A stretch of 64,000 bases of DNA from Thermoplasmata archaeon (lineage in GTDB: Archaea > Thermoplasmatota > Thermoplasmata > RBG-16-68-12). The translations under genes and the position numbers were made by a program. Positions 17,856 to 27,429 of this stretch are shown here, piece after piece (position 1 is the stretch's first letter; the number at the start of each line of letters is the position of its first letter). Where the stretch lies: assembly GCA_035632695.1 (NCBI GenBank), contig DASQGG010000019.1:3701-67700 (forward strand), read 5' to 3'. The notes below the pieces were generated by a model. That model was not told the DNA's origin. It saw only the letters and a list, made by a program, of their open reading frames with translations, and searched no databases.

Positions 17856-19910
17856 ATGAAAGGGTTCTACGCCAGACGTTCGTTGGCTCTGCTCCTCGCA
17901 GGGACCCTTGCCGTGGGAACCCTCGCCCTCTTGAGCCCGCCCGTGCCGGCACCCGCCCAGGCATCGTTGGGATTCTGGGAGGCCAGCAGTCGGGGACTCG
18001 TGAGCGTCGTCATGGTGAACGAGACGTTCAACGAGAACGGACATGAGGTCACGGCGCCTGTGGGCATCCTGGTGACGAACACGGCCACTGTGCCGGTCGT
18101 CATCCCGGAGGAGGCGGTGCTCATGAGTCCCCATCCGTCCCAGTCGCCGCCTCCCAGCCCGATGAACACGACCGCGGACGCGACGCTCACGAACGCCACG
18201 GTTCCGGCGAAGGGCAGCCTCCTGTACTCGTTCGGTCCGTACGTGCTCGCGGGCTACCTGAGCGGGCCCATCTGGTGGGACATGGAAGAGATGCAGTTCG
18301 CGAAGGCCGGCGTCGCGTTCCGGGTTGGGGGGGAGACCCTTCCCTTCGGCCTCCGCACTCTCGTCGAGCATCCGTTCTACAAGGGGCCGGGCAACAACAC
18401 GCAGACGCATGTGTGGGCGTACCTTCGATCGTTCCCGACCGTGGTCGTGGGGAAGCTGCCTCTCTACACGATCACGAACGGCACCGCGGGGCAGACCGTG
18501 CGCGTGCGAATCGACGCGACGAACCTGGCCGTCTGGGCCTACGACGACACGTACACGGCGAACGTGAACGTGACCCGTGGGATCGTCGAGGACGACGTGC
18601 CTGCGGGATGGAGCGTGCAGGCGGGCAGCTACTCCGTGCCGCCGGACGTCATCGTGAACTACACAGACGGTTCGAAGACCCTGGAGTGGTACGCGAACCT
18701 CCCGGCCGCGCAGGTTAGCTACCAGGGCAACCCCGACCTGCCTACGCCGTACGTTACCGTGACGCGATTCTACACCCTCGTCGCGCCCGCTCTGCCCAAC
18801 GGCAACGTGACGCTGCCCCGGGCGAGGTCCGACATGAACCGGACGGGCACGCCGGACGCCCATTCGGCGCCCGCGATCGTCGCGGTGGTGGGCAACGCCC
18901 CGCCCATCGCGGACGCCGGGGGACCGTATCGGGGGAACGAGGGCGACACGATCATCCTGAACGCATCCAAGTCCTCGGATCCGGACGGCGACCCGCTCCA
19001 ATTCCGGTGGTCCTTCACGGACAACGGGAGCTGGGACACGGGCTGGTCGTCGAGCCCGACGGCCGCGGTCCGGTACACGGACGAGTTCTCCGGGTTGGCG
19101 AGGGTCGCGGTCTCGGACGGCCACACGGTCGTCACCGCGGTCGCGAACGTGACCATCGACAACGTGCCCCCGGCGATCCGAAGCCTGGTCATGACTGCCA
19201 CGGGGGACTTCCGGCTCACGGTCGCGGGGAAGAAGCCCGTGAACGTGACGCTGACGATCCGAGGAAACGGAACGGTCCTCTCGACCCTGCGGATCGTGCA
19301 CGCGAGGGGTGAATCGGGCCCGCAGACCGCGGACACGGGACCCCTTTCGATGAATCTCTCCCAGCCGATTACGGCCACCCTCCGATTCAGCGATTTCGCG
19401 AACTGCCACGGGAATCGCGACCGGGTTTGGCTCAACCTGACCTTCCCGGACGGCACCTCGGTCGCGTTGCTCCACCCGGGGAAAGGCCGCCATCTGGACG
19501 CGGCGGGAATCCGGTTCAAGGACCTCCGTCCGCTGTTCATCCGCCATGGCATCTCGTTTCGCGCGATGCTGAGCGACCCGGGTGCCGATGCGCTCACGGC
19601 CCACTGGGCCTTCGGGGACGGCACGAACCTCACGCAGGTCTTCCCGAACGGCCCCGCCAACGACACGCCGGAGAGCCCCGTGGGCGGCAACGCGCCGATG
19701 AACGTCACGGCCATCGCCGTGCACGGCTACCACGTCGGAGGCCACCACGGGTGGGAGCGGTGTGGGGGCGACGGGAAGGGCGAGGGCACGCGCTCCAGGA
19801 CCTACGAGATCACGCTGACCGTGACCGATGCCGACGGCGCGTCCACGAGCGCGTCCCTCACGATCTCGCTGGGCTTCGGCGGTCACGGCCCCGAGGACGA
19901 AGACGACTGA
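17856..19910 (+). CDS. Large secreted/surface glycoprotein with a signal peptide and at least one PKD domain. A TTG alternative start lies at 17853.
   Basis: The N-terminus has a signal/TM (LALLLAGTLAVGTLALLSPPVPAPAQA). A PKD domain is present (PPIADAGGPYRGNEGDTIILNASKSSDPDGDPLQFRWSFTDNGSWDTGW), with a second PKD-like segment (HWAFGDGTNLTQVF). About 19 N-glycosylation sequons (NxS/T) occur. Confidence 0.6.
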   Translation: MKGFYARRSLALLLAGTLAVGTLALLSPPVPAPAQASLGFWEASSRGLVSVVMVNETFNENGHEVTAPVGILVTNTATVPVVIPEEAVLMSPHPSQSPPPSPMNTTADATLTNATVPAKGSLLYSFGPYVLAGYLSGPIWWDMEEMQFAKAGVAFRVGGETLPFGLRTLVEHPFYKGPGNNTQTHVWAYLRSFPTVVVGKLPLYTITNGTAGQTVRVRIDATNLAVWAYDDTYTANVNVTRGIVEDDVPAGWSVQAGSYSVPPDVIVNYTDGSKTLEWYANLPAAQVSYQGNPDLPTPYVTVTRFYTLVAPALPNGNVTLPRARSDMNRTGTPDAHSAPAIVAVVGNAPPIADAGGPYRGNEGDTIILNASKSSDPDGDPLQFRWSFTDNGSWDTGWSSSPTAAVRYTDEFSGLARVAVSDGHTVVTAVANVTIDNVPPAIRSLVMTATGDFRLTVAGKKPVNVTLTIRGNGTVLSTLRIVHARGESGPQTADTGPLSMNLSQPITATLRFSDFANCHGNRDRVWLNLTFPDGTSVALLHPGKGRHLDAAGIRFKDLRPLFIRHGISFRAMLSDPGADALTAHWAFGDGTNLTQVFPNGPANDTPESPVGGNAPMNVTAIAVHGYHVGGHHGWERCGGDGKGEGTRSRTYEITLTVTDADGASTSASLTISLGFGGHGPEDEDD

Positions 19911-19952
19911 GCGGAAAGGATTATCTGACGCGGCGCCCGTCGTGACCGCGCG

Positions 19953-20510
19953 ATGATTGAGGACCACCGGATCCTGCGCGGCGCCCGTGTGACGCTGCGT
20001 CCCCTGGCGTCGGGCGATCTCCGCCGTTGCGTGAAGTGGTTCAGCGATCCTCTCGTAACCCAGTTCCTCGGGAGGGCGGGACCCGTCAGCCTCGCCGAGG
20101 AAGAGCGGTGGTTCCGGGATTACCTGCGGCGATCCGACGAGCAGATCTTCGCGATTGAAATCGAGGGGAGGCACGTGGGCAACCTGGGCCTGCACAAGGT
20201 GGACCGGGTCCATCGGAAAGCGGACCTCGGGATCGTGATCGGGGAGAGCGCGTACTGGTCTCGGGGTTATGGAACCGAGGCGCTCCGCGCAGCCCTCGAC
20301 TACGGCTTCGACCGGCTCGAGCTGAACAAGGTGTCCCTCGAAGTCCTCGAGGACAACGTCCGCGCCATCCGTTCGTACGCCAAGTGCGGGTTCGTGCGGG
20401 AGGGGATCCACCGCGAGGACGTGTACAAGGATGGCCGCTTTCAGAATGTGATCCGCATGAGCATCCTGGCCCGGGAGTTCCGCGAACGGCCCGTCCCGAC
20501 CGGGGCATGA
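19953..20510 (+). CDS. GNAT-family N-acetyltransferase (RimJ/RimL-like).
   Basis: The product has the GNAT motif A region (VIGESAYWSRGYGTEALRAALDYGF) and a RimL-like N-terminus. Confidence 0.75.
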   Translation: MIEDHRILRGARVTLRPLASGDLRRCVKWFSDPLVTQFLGRAGPVSLAEEERWFRDYLRRSDEQIFAIEIEGRHVGNLGLHKVDRVHRKADLGIVIGESAYWSRGYGTEALRAALDYGFDRLELNKVSLEVLEDNVRAIRSYAKCGFVREGIHREDVYKDGRFQNVIRMSILAREFRERPVPTGA

Positions 20511-20517
20511 GCTCGGC

Positions 20518-21609
20518 TCACAGTTCGAGGAGTTCCCGCGGGGCCGTGCTCATGTACCGGCCGCCCTTCGGGGTCACGAGGACCGTGTCCTCGATCCGGA
20601 CACCGCCGAAGCCGGGGACGTACACGCCGGGCTCGTCCGTCATGACCATGTTCGACTTCAGGACCAAGTCGCTCGTCGTGTAGAGACCGCCGCCGTCGTG
20701 GACCGCCAGACCGACGGAGTGCCCGAGGCCGTGGATGAAGCGGCCCTTGTACTTGGTCGAGTCGATGAGCGTGCGGGCCGCCGCGTCGACGGCCTTGCCC
20801 CGGACCCCGGGCCGGAGCTTCGCAAGGGCGGCCTTCTGCGCCCTCGCGACCGTGTCGTACATCGCGCGCTGCTCCTCGCTTGCCTTGCCGACGACCACGG
20901 TCCGCGTGACGTCGGAGCAGTACATCCGGTACAGGGACCCGAAGTCGATCACGATGAGATCGCCCTTGCGGATCTTCCGGGGCCCCGCCGTGTAGTGGGG
21001 TTCCGCGCCGTTAGGACCCGACCCCACGATGGTGCGGAACGACGGGCCCGTGGCCCCGTTGCGCTGCATGCGATACACGAGCTCGGAGGCGATCTCGGAC
21101 TCCTGCACGCCGGGCCGGATGAACGACAGGGTCTCGCGGAACGACTTGGAGGCGATGTCGCACGCTCTCTGGATGAGATCGACTTCCTTCGCGTCCTTCA
21201 CGAGGCGCGACTGGGTGATCGCCTCGGAGACGTCCACGAACCGCGCGTTGCGGGGCGCGTACTTGCGCAGGCGATCGAACGCCTGGTGCGTCAACTCCGC
21301 GGAGTTGATCCCGATCCGCCGGTGCCCCTTGAGCAGCTTGCGCATGAGCCGAGCGGGTTCCTCCCGATGTCGGAACACATGGAGGGGGAGTCCGCTCTTC
21401 TTCGCGGCTTCCTCCTCGAGGGCGGAGGTCATGATCTCCGCGCTCCCGTCGGGATGCAGCCACGCCGCGCACCCTTCGAACAGGCCGTCCGTGATCCCCG
21501 TCGCATAGAAGAACGACATGTCGATGTGGGGATCCACGGAATTCATGAGCACGATGAGGTCGACGTGGTCGTCCGCATTCCGGAAGATTCGCTTCACGCG
21601 CGCGCGCAT
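20518..21609 (-). CDS. M24-family metallopeptidase (Xaa-Pro aminopeptidase/prolidase).
   Basis: A pita-bread fold with metal ligands is present (DFGSLYRMYCSDVTRT, HGLGHSVGLAVHD, GVRIEDTVLVT). Confidence 0.8.
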   Translation of the reverse strand: MRARVKRIFRNADDHVDLIVLMNSVDPHIDMSFFYATGITDGLFEGCAAWLHPDGSAEIMTSALEEEAAKKSGLPLHVFRHREEPARLMRKLLKGHRRIGINSAELTHQAFDRLRKYAPRNARFVDVSEAITQSRLVKDAKEVDLIQRACDIASKSFRETLSFIRPGVQESEIASELVYRMQRNGATGPSFRTIVGSGPNGAEPHYTAGPRKIRKGDLIVIDFGSLYRMYCSDVTRTVVVGKASEEQRAMYDTVARAQKAALAKLRPGVRGKAVDAAARTLIDSTKYKGRFIHGLGHSVGLAVHDGGGLYTTSDLVLKSNMVMTDEPGVYVPGFGGVRIEDTVLVTPKGGRYMSTAPRELLEL

Positions 21610-21662
21610 GGGAACCGCGGGAGGAAAGCCGAACTCCGTAGTTAAAGGTTGGTCGGGCGGCA

Positions 21663-21675
21663 GCCGCGAAGGGTT
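21663..21675 (+). promoter_or_regulatory. BRE/TATA-like element AAGGGTTTTATGG upstream of the RNase P Rpp21 gene.
   Basis: It lies about 55 bp upstream of ATG 21727 and belongs to the recurrent motif family. Confidence 0.35.
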
Positions 21676-21726
21676 TTATGGCGTCGGACCCGTCGCCCGG
21701 CCGTGCCCAAGCGGCGCCACCGGGGA

Positions 21727-22053
21727 ATGGAGCGGCGCATCGCCCTCGAGCGGATTGAGATTCTCTTCCGCCACGCCGAACACGAGGCCCTCCAGGCACG
21801 ACCCGTGCGGGCCCGCCGGTACGTGGACCTGGCCCGACGGATCGGGATGCGATACAACGTTCGGGTGCCCGCGGCGTTCAAGCGTCGGTTCTGCAAGGAA
21901 TGCCTCGCCTACCTTCTGCCCGGGGTCAACGCACGGGTTCGCGTCGGGCGAGGACGGATCGTCGTCACGTGCACAGCATGCGGTGCGATCCAACGCATGC
22001 CGTTCCGCGAGGAGCGGAGGACCGCGAGGGCCCGGCGGAGGGCGTCTCAGTAG
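21727..22053 (+). CDS. RNase P protein component 4 (Rpp21/Rnp4, zinc ribbon). The start is trimmed to MERRIALERIE.
   Basis: The product has a helical N-terminal domain (IEILFRHAEHEA), RRYVDLARRIGMRYNVRVP, and a zinc ribbon CKECLAYL...CTACG. Confidence 0.7.
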   Translation: MERRIALERIEILFRHAEHEALQARPVRARRYVDLARRIGMRYNVRVPAAFKRRFCKECLAYLLPGVNARVRVGRGRIVVTCTACGAIQRMPFREERRTARARRRASQ

Positions 22054-22919
22054 GATGTGGTCATGTCGATCTTGCCCGCCTTGCGGGCCAGGTATTCTCC
22101 GAGCTTGAAGACGCCGAGGCTCAGACCGAAGAAGATCACGCTCGAGAGGGCGAGGAAGCCGAGGATCGCCACGTCCGAGAAGCCCCCGAGGCCGGTCAAA
22201 GGATTCACGGCGGCCTGGTCGGCGGGCGAGAGGAGGAGCCGACGGGAGAGCTCGAACCAGTACGTCAGGGGAATCGCCTTCCCCACGCCCTGCAGCCATC
22301 CCGGGAGCACGGACAGGGGAAACAGGACCCCGCAGAACACGTAGAAAATCCCGGGGACCGCCTCGGCCAACGACTGGGTGTGGCGGGCCATCAGGAACGT
22401 CACGCCTCCGAGCGTGATCCCGATTGCGAGGAGACAGAACAGACCCAAGACGAGGCCCGCGAGGAACAGGGGAACCGAAGCGAGGGAGAGGGAGATCTGC
22501 ACGGCGGGATGGAGGACGAACGCACCGAAGGCCAAGGTGATGACGACCGCGAACGAGGCGACCAGGATCTTCGAGATCGCGCGGCCCATCACGTAGACGT
22601 AGAAGGAGATCGGGGAGATGTAGATGTACCGGATGGTCTGGTACCACTCGCGGTCCGACTGGATCACCTGGAACGTGCCGAACAACGTGGTCCCGACGAA
22701 GATGAAGAAGGCGTTCCCCACGTACATGAAGTCGAAGAGGGGGCCCGCGCTGAAGTTCCCAATCGCAGCGAGGACGATGTACATGAGGACCAGGATGAAC
22801 GTCGCGGCGATCGGCTTGATAATCGAGTAGACGATGAACAGCCAGGGCTCCGTCCAGTTCGAGTCCATCTCCCAGCCAAGCCACGCGGCGACCTTGAACG
22901 TGTTCCAGAAGTTGCTCAT
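22047..22919 (-). CDS. ABC-2 type transporter permease.
   Basis: It is a 290 aa polytopic membrane protein with an ABC-2 permease-like topology. It overlaps the upstream permease by 4 nt. Confidence 0.65.
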   Translation of the reverse strand: MSNFWNTFKVAAWLGWEMDSNWTEPWLFIVYSIIKPIAATFILVLMYIVLAAIGNFSAGPLFDFMYVGNAFFIFVGTTLFGTFQVIQSDREWYQTIRYIYISPISFYVYVMGRAISKILVASFAVVITLAFGAFVLHPAVQISLSLASVPLFLAGLVLGLFCLLAIGITLGGVTFLMARHTQSLAEAVPGIFYVFCGVLFPLSVLPGWLQGVGKAIPLTYWFELSRRLLLSPADQAAVNPLTGLGGFSDVAILGFLALSSVIFFGLSLGVFKLGEYLARKAGKIDMTTSY

Positions 22920-23896
22920 TGATGCCGTGAGGTCAGCCTCCCCTCTCGCCTAGCGAGGGTCTCTAGGCGCGCGAGCGCGAACCGTGCGAGGATGAGGAAC
23001 CCGACGGCGAGCACCAGCAGGAGTCCGAGCTCTGGGACGGGACCCAGGAGCACCGGGAGCTTCGCGTTCGGCAGGGTGAGCTGCCGGAGGGCGTCGAGCC
23101 CGAGCATGGCGGGCACGATGCTCCCGGCGACGGCCACTGCGGGCCCCCAGGGCTGCACCAGGAGGAAGCCTCCCGCGGGGAAGTACATCCCGCTCGAGAA
23201 GAAGATGGGCTCCTCGAGGAGGGAGGACAGGTTTGCGGCCTCCCGACCCCAGATGAGGTAGAGGGAGGCAAACAGCATCCCCATTCCGTAGAGCGCGATG
23301 AGCGTGACGAAGAACACCGCGAGGAGGAGGAACGGGTTCGCGACCTGGAAGATCACGCCGAAGACGAGGACGCCCGCCACGAGGGTCGAGAGCGCCCGGA
23401 CGGAGGTCATGAACATGCCGCCGATCGCCATGCCCGCGAGGAGGGCCATCCGGCTCATCGGGGCCATCATGTAGATCTGGAGGTTCCCGATCTCCTTCTC
23501 CCAGTAGAGCTGGCTGGCCATGGACCACAGGACGTTCAGCCAGAAGGCGACCATGGTCCCTCCCAGGACCACTGTGCCGACCAGGCCGTTGAGGTTCTGG
23601 GCGGCGGCTTGGAGATGCGCGAGCTGGTCGGCCGGGGAGGCACACGGGACGCCGGCGCACTGCCCGGCCTGGATGAGGGCCACCTGCGCGCCGTAGAAGG
23701 ACTGGTAGATGAAGACGTAGGCGGCGATCCCCAGCAGGGGGAGGAAGACCTCGAAGAAGATCCAGGACGGCTCTCGGTTCGCGCCGATGACCCGGGGGTA
23801 CGCCCGGCCCAAGATGGATCGGAGGTTGAGGCCCATCCTGTATCGAACGTCGGACCGCCGTTCGGCCGAGGAACGGTACGGGATCGCGGCGTTCAT
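22916..23896 (-). CDS. ABC-2 type transporter permease (second subunit).
   Basis: It is a 326 aa polytopic membrane protein. It overlaps the ATPase gene stop by 4 nt (operon ATPase-permease-permease). Confidence 0.65.
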   Translation of the reverse strand: MNAAIPYRSSAERRSDVRYRMGLNLRSILGRAYPRVIGANREPSWIFFEVFLPLLGIAAYVFIYQSFYGAQVALIQAGQCAGVPCASPADQLAHLQAAAQNLNGLVGTVVLGGTMVAFWLNVLWSMASQLYWEKEIGNLQIYMMAPMSRMALLAGMAIGGMFMTSVRALSTLVAGVLVFGVIFQVANPFLLLAVFFVTLIALYGMGMLFASLYLIWGREAANLSSLLEEPIFFSSGMYFPAGGFLLVQPWGPAVAVAGSIVPAMLGLDALRQLTLPNAKLPVLLGPVPELGLLLVLAVGFLILARFALARLETLARREGRLTSRHQ

Positions 23897-24909
23897 TCGA
23901 ACCCCTTCCCAACCATGCTCACGAACACGTCCTCCAGGGAAGGCTCGGACTTCTGGAGGGAATGGACCCGGGAGCCCTGGGCCATGATGTTGCTCAGGAT
24001 GTCTGCGACGGGTGCTTCCCCATCCAGGATGAACGTCAGGTAGGTGATGTTCTTCGTAGGGTCGTGCTTCGCGGAGAAATTCTTCACGCCTTCGATCTTC
24101 CCAAAGCCCGCCGTGTCCCGGATGGGGTCCACCTCCAGGCGGAACGTCGTGTCAAGTCGGACCATCTTCTTCAGGTTCTCGGGCGTGTCGCAGGCGAGGA
24201 TGCGTCCGTTGTCGATGATGGCGATCCGGTCGCACATCTCGTCCGCCTCGGCCATGTAGTGCGTGGTCAGGAGGACGGTCTTCTCCTCCTGCTCCTGGAG
24301 CCACTTCATCACGTAGTCGCGGATCGTCCGGGCCGCGTTCACATCCAGGCCGACCGTGGGCTCGTCCAGGAACAGGATGTCCGGATCCGTGACGAACCCG
24401 CGGATCATGTTCATCTTCTGCCGCTGCCCCGTGGAGAGGGTGCGGACCTTCGAATCCCTCCGGTCCCGGAGGGCGAAGATGTCCATGAGCTCATCGATGC
24501 GGTCGTTCGCCACCTTCGACGGTACGCCGTAGAACTGGGAGAACATCCAGATGTTCTCGCGCGCGGTCAGCAGGCCGTAGCCCGTGGTCTCGCCGCCGGA
24601 GACCATGGAGATCCGTTGTCGGATGGGGAAGACGTCCCTCGCAACGTCGTACCCCGCGACGTACGCCTTGCCGGCGGTCGGGAGCAACAGGGTGCAAAGG
24701 ATCTTGATCAAGGTGGTCTTGCCCGCGCCGTTCGGCCCGAGAAGGCCGAACAACTCGCCCTCTTTGATCTGCATCGTGACGCCATCGAGCGCGGTCACGG
24801 GTCCCTCGGGCTCCGCCTCGTCCGCGGACGCCTTCTTCCGGTGAGGGAGGAGGTGCCGCTTCCCGGCGAAAACCCGGGTCAGGTCCCGTGTCTCGACCGC
24901 GTACTCCAT
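23893..24909 (-). CDS. ABC transporter ATP-binding protein. The start is trimmed to MEYAVETRDL.
   Basis: The product has Walker A GPNGAGKTT, an ABC signature LSTGQRQK and Walker B ILFLDEPTVGLD. Confidence 0.85.
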   Translation of the reverse strand: MEYAVETRDLTRVFAGKRHLLPHRKKASADEAEPEGPVTALDGVTMQIKEGELFGLLGPNGAGKTTLIKILCTLLLPTAGKAYVAGYDVARDVFPIRQRISMVSGGETTGYGLLTARENIWMFSQFYGVPSKVANDRIDELMDIFALRDRRDSKVRTLSTGQRQKMNMIRGFVTDPDILFLDEPTVGLDVNAARTIRDYVMKWLQEQEEKTVLLTTHYMAEADEMCDRIAIIDNGRILACDTPENLKKMVRLDTTFRLEVDPIRDTAGFGKIEGVKNFSAKHDPTKNITYLTFILDGEAPVADILSNIMAQGSRVHSLQKSEPSLEDVFVSMVGKGFE

Positions 24910-24964
24910 GCCGCTCCGCTCCCGAGGGGTGCGCGGCGACGACCCGCGAGGGTCGGCCGCCATC

Positions 24965-25156
24965 TCAGGCGGTTGCTCGCTGGCGGTAGCGGGTGATGTA
25001 GCCTGCGATCCGGTTCCGCATCAAGATGCTGCTGACATCGCAGAGCTCCGAGACCTTCTTCTTGTTGTGCTCGAAGTCCTCCGTGAACTCGCTCGCATAT
25101 TGCTTCACGAGCTCTATCGCGACGCGCTTGATGTAGGTAGGCCGGATGTTTCCCAA
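24965..25156 (-). CDS. rps17e: 30S ribosomal protein S17e (TTG start).
   Basis: The 63 aa product [37 protein letters not shown] matches the S17e family N-terminus. Confidence 0.85.
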   Translation of the reverse strand: MGNIRPTYIKRVAIELVKQYASEFTEDFEHNKKKVSELCDVSSILMRNRIAGYITRYRQRATA

Positions 25157-25349
25157 GGCGTTTCACTCCGTTATCCAGGTCGGTGAGCCTGTGCCAAAGG
25201 GAGGGACGTAGATAAACGTTCCTCACGCGACCGCAGCGCGGACCGCGGACGAGGCGAGCGGGGACGACATTTGCCAAGCATTAAATAGGAACCTCCAATA
25301 CGCTTTCGAAGGCACGGAGGCCGCGCGGTCCTCAGGAGAACCGGTACCG

Positions 25350-25514
25350 ATGGAAGAGTCCCTCGTGAACGTGGAGTTCCTGAAGAGCTCGAACAACTTC
25401 ATCGCCCGGATCCAGAGCGAACTCGGCGGGATGCGCGAGTACCGCAGCTCGTCCTTCGAAGAGGTCCTCGAGCAGGTCGTCATCGACCTGCAGGAAGAGT
25501 TCGAGTCGTACTGA
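25350..25514 (+). CDS. Unannotated small acidic protein (54 aa, MEESLVNVEFLKSSNNFIARIQSELGGMREYRSSSFEEVLEQVVIDLQEEFESY). It is below the ORF-track length cut-off.
   Basis: Manual translation shows very high GC at third codon positions (about 48 of 54 codons), in frame from ATG to TGA. A TATA-like AGCATTAAATAGG lies about 60 bp upstream and a GGAG SD is present. Confidence 0.4.
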   Translation: MEESLVNVEFLKSSNNFIARIQSELGGMREYRSSSFEEVLEQVVIDLQEEFESY

Positions 25515-26294
25515 CTAGGCGCCCTTCCAGGCCGGCTTGCGCTTCTCCAGGAACGCGGTCATGCCTTCGACCTTGTCCTCGGTCGCGCCGGCGAGCCCGA
25601 ACGCCGCGGACTCGTAGGAGAGCCCCTGGGGCAGCGGCATCTCCTGCGCGGCCCGGAGGCATGCCTTCGCCAACGCAATCGCCACGGGACTCTTGTCGAC
25701 GAGTTTCCGCGCGAGGGCGTGGGCCTCCTCCAGAAGCCGCCCCCCGGGCACGACCCGGTTCACGAGGCCGATCCGCTCGGCTGTGGCCGCGTCGATCGGT
25801 TCCCCGGTGAGGATCATCTCGGCGGCCCAGCCCGCGCCGACGAGGCGGGGGAGACGCTGGCTGCCGCCAAACCCGGGGATGATTCCGATGTTGATCTCCG
25901 CCTGGCCGATCCTCGCGTTCTCCGAGGCGAGACGGATGTCGCACGCCATGGCAATCTCACAGCCGCCGCCGAGGGCGTAGCCGTTGATCGCGGCAAGAAT
26001 GGGCTTCGGACACCCCTCCATGGCGTCGCCGAGCCGGCGGCCGAGCTCGGAGAACGCCTCCATCTCGAGGCCGCTCTTCCCGACCATCTCCCGGATGTCC
26101 GCGCCGGCCACGAACGCCTTGTCCCCGGCGCCCGTGAGCACGATCGCGCCCACGTCCGCGCGGCCGGCGAGACCCTTGAACGCGGCCGTGAGCTCCTCCA
26201 CGACGTGCGAGTTAAGCGCGTTCCGCACCTCGGGCCGGTTGATCGTGACCGTCGCGATGCCTTCGTGCACATCGACACGGATGAAGTCGGGCAT
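25515..26294 (-). CDS. Enoyl-CoA hydratase/isomerase (crotonase family).
   Basis: A crotonase fold is present (ATVTINRPEVRNAL, LTGAGDKAFVAGADI, ILAAINGYALGGGCEIAMACDIRLA). Confidence 0.85.
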   Translation of the reverse strand: MPDFIRVDVHEGIATVTINRPEVRNALNSHVVEELTAAFKGLAGRADVGAIVLTGAGDKAFVAGADIREMVGKSGLEMEAFSELGRRLGDAMEGCPKPILAAINGYALGGGCEIAMACDIRLASENARIGQAEINIGIIPGFGGSQRLPRLVGAGWAAEMILTGEPIDAATAERIGLVNRVVPGGRLLEEAHALARKLVDKSPVAIALAKACLRAAQEMPLPQGLSYESAAFGLAGATEDKVEGMTAFLEKRKPAWKGA

Positions 26295-26441
26295 AGGAAC
26301 CGGCCGCGGGTATGTCGGTGCGAGCGATGAAGGTTCGGCCTCGGTGCACTGTGCTCCCCTATTTCAAGCGGGTGCGAGGAATTGAAAATCGCGCCTCAAG
26401 TTTGATATGGTTGAGGGTTCGTCGCGCGCCGGAGGCACCCG

Positions 26442-27317
26442 ATGCCCCTGACTCGGAAAGCGATCACGATTCTGCTGGCGACCGCGCTCCTCGGGACCAT
26501 GTTCCTCGCGGCTAGCGGCGATGCGAGGGCGACCCAGAACGCGCCGTCCTGGACCACGGGCAACCAATGGGTCTACAGCGCGACGAGCGGCGGCAGCACG
26601 GCGAGCCTCACGATGGTCGTCAAGGAACAGACGACCGTGACCCTCGGCTCGACCACGTACACGGTGTGGCATGTGGCCGCGACCTCGACCACGTCGAGCG
26701 GGAGCTCCTCGTTCAGCTTCACGTACGACCAATACTACACGGTGGACGGGCTCCGGTTCGCCAAGCAGAACGGCACCTTCCCCTTCCTCGGGACGATCAC
26801 GTCGAGCTACGCCGCGCCCTACCCCCTGGCCGTGTTCCCCCTGAACCCCGGGGCCAGCTGGATTGGCAACAGCACGGAGACCACGCTGAGCGCGTTCGGG
26901 ACGAGCACGTCGAACTACCACTGGAACGGGTCCGTGCTCAGCGAGCAAGCCGTGACCGTTCCCGCGGGCACGTACACGGCCTCCGTGGTGTGGTCCAAGG
27001 CCGTCGGCAGCACGGCCCCGGCCGTGTACTACTACTCGGAGCAGGCGGGCTGGGCCGTCCGGATCGACAGCTACAACAACGGCGGCCACTACACGGGCTC
27101 CATGAACCTGACGTCGACGAACTACAGTCCCGGATTCCTGGGCATCTCGAACGTGGTGTGGATCGTCGGGCTCGTGATCGCATTCATTGTCATTGTCGCG
27201 GCGGTGGTCTTCCTGCGGCGCCGCCCGCGAATGCCCTACGGGGCGCCGCCGCCAGGGTATGCGCAGCCGCCGTACCCGCAGCCCCCGCAACAGGGACCTC
27301 CGGGCCCCCCGCGATGA
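26442..27317 (+). CDS. Secreted, C-terminally membrane-anchored Thr/Ser-rich glycoprotein with an Arg cluster and a Pro-rich cytoplasmic tail (paralogue of the 37315-38769 product).
   Basis: The product has a signal peptide (ITILLATALLGTMFLAASGDARA) and N-glycosylation sequons. A C-terminal TM (VVWIVGLVIAFIVIVAAVVFL) is followed by RRRPR and PPPGYAQPPYPQPPQQGPPGPP. Confidence 0.5.
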   Translation: MPLTRKAITILLATALLGTMFLAASGDARATQNAPSWTTGNQWVYSATSGGSTASLTMVVKEQTTVTLGSTTYTVWHVAATSTTSSGSSSFSFTYDQYYTVDGLRFAKQNGTFPFLGTITSSYAAPYPLAVFPLNPGASWIGNSTETTLSAFGTSTSNYHWNGSVLSEQAVTVPAGTYTASVVWSKAVGSTAPAVYYYSEQAGWAVRIDSYNNGGHYTGSMNLTSTNYSPGFLGISNVVWIVGLVIAFIVIVAAVVFLRRRPRMPYGAPPPGYAQPPYPQPPQQGPPGPPR

Positions 27318-27429
27318 GCCGCTCTCCGAGGGACCGGCCGAACTCCGGCCCCTCTTCCTCTCGAGGATAGCACGATAAAGGCTCCCGCTTGGATCGTGGT
27401 CGTCGGTGACCGTACAGGAACACGACGGC

